Of a stretch of 64,000 nucleotides of DNA, positions 62,641 to 64,000 are shown one piece after another. Positions within the stretch are counted from its first letter, which is position 1, and every line of letters begins with the position of its first letter. This stretch comes from Octopus sinensis. Lineage: Eukaryota. The position numbers and the translations under genes were made by a program. The stretch lies in contig NC_043006.1 in NCBI RefSeq assembly GCF_006345805.1, forward strand, positions 102,238,001 through 102,302,000, written 5' to 3'. A model generated the notes under the pieces. That model was not told the origin of the DNA. It did no database searches and was given only the letters and a program-made list of their open reading frames with translations.

Positions 62641-63319
62641 ATTATTATCTACCAATGGGACATTATGTGTCAGGACACTGTACTATGAGATCCCTCAGAA
62701 GGATAACTCTCAAATCAAAGATATAAGAAATAAAGTGTAGTAGAGACCATAACTACTCATAACATGAAAGATTACTAATAGAATGTCCGTCTGTAAACCT
62801 CAATAAAATGCAAACATAGTAGACTAGATATGGTGATTTGGGAGAGGGGGAAGAGAAATTATGGACAGCAGTGGGAGTCAGCTGCCCAGCAGATGTCAAC
62901 ATAAGGCTAAAGATCAGTAAAACAAAAGCACCTACGCTGCACTATTGAGAAATATAGGGCTACTTTACCTGGATTACAAGTTCAGATTTATACCAGTAAG
63001 AATTGAGGCTTTAGGATATGTAAGAAACTGACTCACCACCAATCTTGACAAGTTTGGAGTTCTCAAAACTAGGGAGGGATTAGAAAACTACACATACAAA
63101 CAATCAATGGAACTGTCAAAATATGTAAAACTTTTTACAAGTTTAACATGTGACTGTATGAATGAGTACACACATATAAAACAAAGCATCCAGATCTGCA
63201 CATGAACTGACTCTGAACATTTGCCTATATACATGCATAAATGTAGAACTACGTTGTTGATGTTGAAATTTCAATGAAGGAATTTTGGATCTAGGTTAGA
63301 AACCAACGCTTTCTCCATT

Positions 63320-63549
63320 ACTCTTTTATTTGTTTTAGTCATTGACTGTGTCCATGCTGGAGCAGTGGCTTTAATTGAACAAATTGACCCCAGGACTTAT
63401 TCTTTGTAAGCCTGGTACTTATTCTATCGGTTTCTTTTGCCAAACTGCTAAGTTACAGGAACTTAAACATACCAGCATCAGTTGTCAAGCGATGGTGGGG
63501 GCGACAAACACACACACTAACATACAAACACACACACACACATATATAT

Positions 63550-63588
<39 letters not shown>

Positions 63589-63715
63589 GTGCTTCATTCA
63601 GTTTCCATCTACCAAATCCTGTCACAAGGATTTGGTTGGCCTGAGGCTATAGTAGAAGACATTTGCCCATGTGGTTGGTAAGCAAGCTACTTACTACACA
63701 GCCACTCCTGCACCA
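63320..63715 (-). mobile_element. SINE family A with internal deletion
   Basis: Reverse-complement tail near 63320 and head CAGCCACTCCTGCACC near 63700-63715. Confidence 0.85.
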
Positions 63716-63769
63716 TTGTTAAGAAATCTTGAAATAAAATATAAATAACAACATACATATATGTAAAAG

Positions 63770-63922
63770 ACACCCAGTTGGTTCTTAGGAAGGGCATCCA
63801 GCCATAGAAACCAAGTCAAAACAGAATGGACCCTAATGTAGCTCTCTGCGTTACGAGTTCCAATCAAACCGTCTAACCCATGCCATCAGGGAAAATGGAT
63901 GCTAAATAATGATGATGATGAT
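63770..63922 (+). mobile_element. RTE-type 3' end fragment
   Basis: TTAGGAAGGGCATCCAGCCATAGAAACC..TCAAACCGTCTAACCCATGCC..(TGA)n. Confidence 0.75.
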
Positions 63923-64000
63923 ATATACATATGTGTGTCTGTGAACATAAATGTGTGTGTGTGTATTTATAATATATATATATATCATGATACATATGTA

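Noticed and set aside
447-63644. Most ORF-track entries (poly-YI, poly-CV, poly-HT, poly-L/V/T/D/G)
   Set aside because: They are translations of (TA)n, (TG)n, (CA)n and trinucleotide microsatellites or of SINE bodies, which recur as near-identical peptides.

Overview
AT-rich, microsatellite- and transposon-dense eukaryotic DNA. The SINE/RTE repeat repertoire looks to me like that of Octopus (recognition from memory, not a database match). The only confident cellular gene is on the + strand: four internal coding exons (12680-12806, 29423-29533, 53884-54067, 58572-58662; 513 nt, about 0.8% of the window) of a peptidase M28B gene (glutamate carboxypeptidase II/NAALADase/transferrin-receptor family), covering the PA (apical) domain. 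All have GT-AG boundaries and compatible phases; I did not find its 5' or 3' exons. The rest is intron filled with three or four tRNA-derived SINE families, RTE, Tx1/L1, R4/Dong-like and CR1/L2-like LINE relics, Tc1/mariner, hAT-Charlie and piggyBac-type MITEs, a Helitron/HINE-like element and a 55-bp minisatellite. Most listed ORFs are microsatellite or TE translations. Best leads: (1) a complete, TSD-bounded, ORF1-only (HAL1-like) retroelement sharing its 3' terminus with a SINE and a Tx1 LINE in the same window; (2) three local templated-insertion scars, one in the loop of a 148-bp-arm palindrome; (3) substitution of the PSMA glutamate-binding residues R210 and N257 in the host gene; (4) a multi-layer nested transposon stack with an exact 8-bp TSD.
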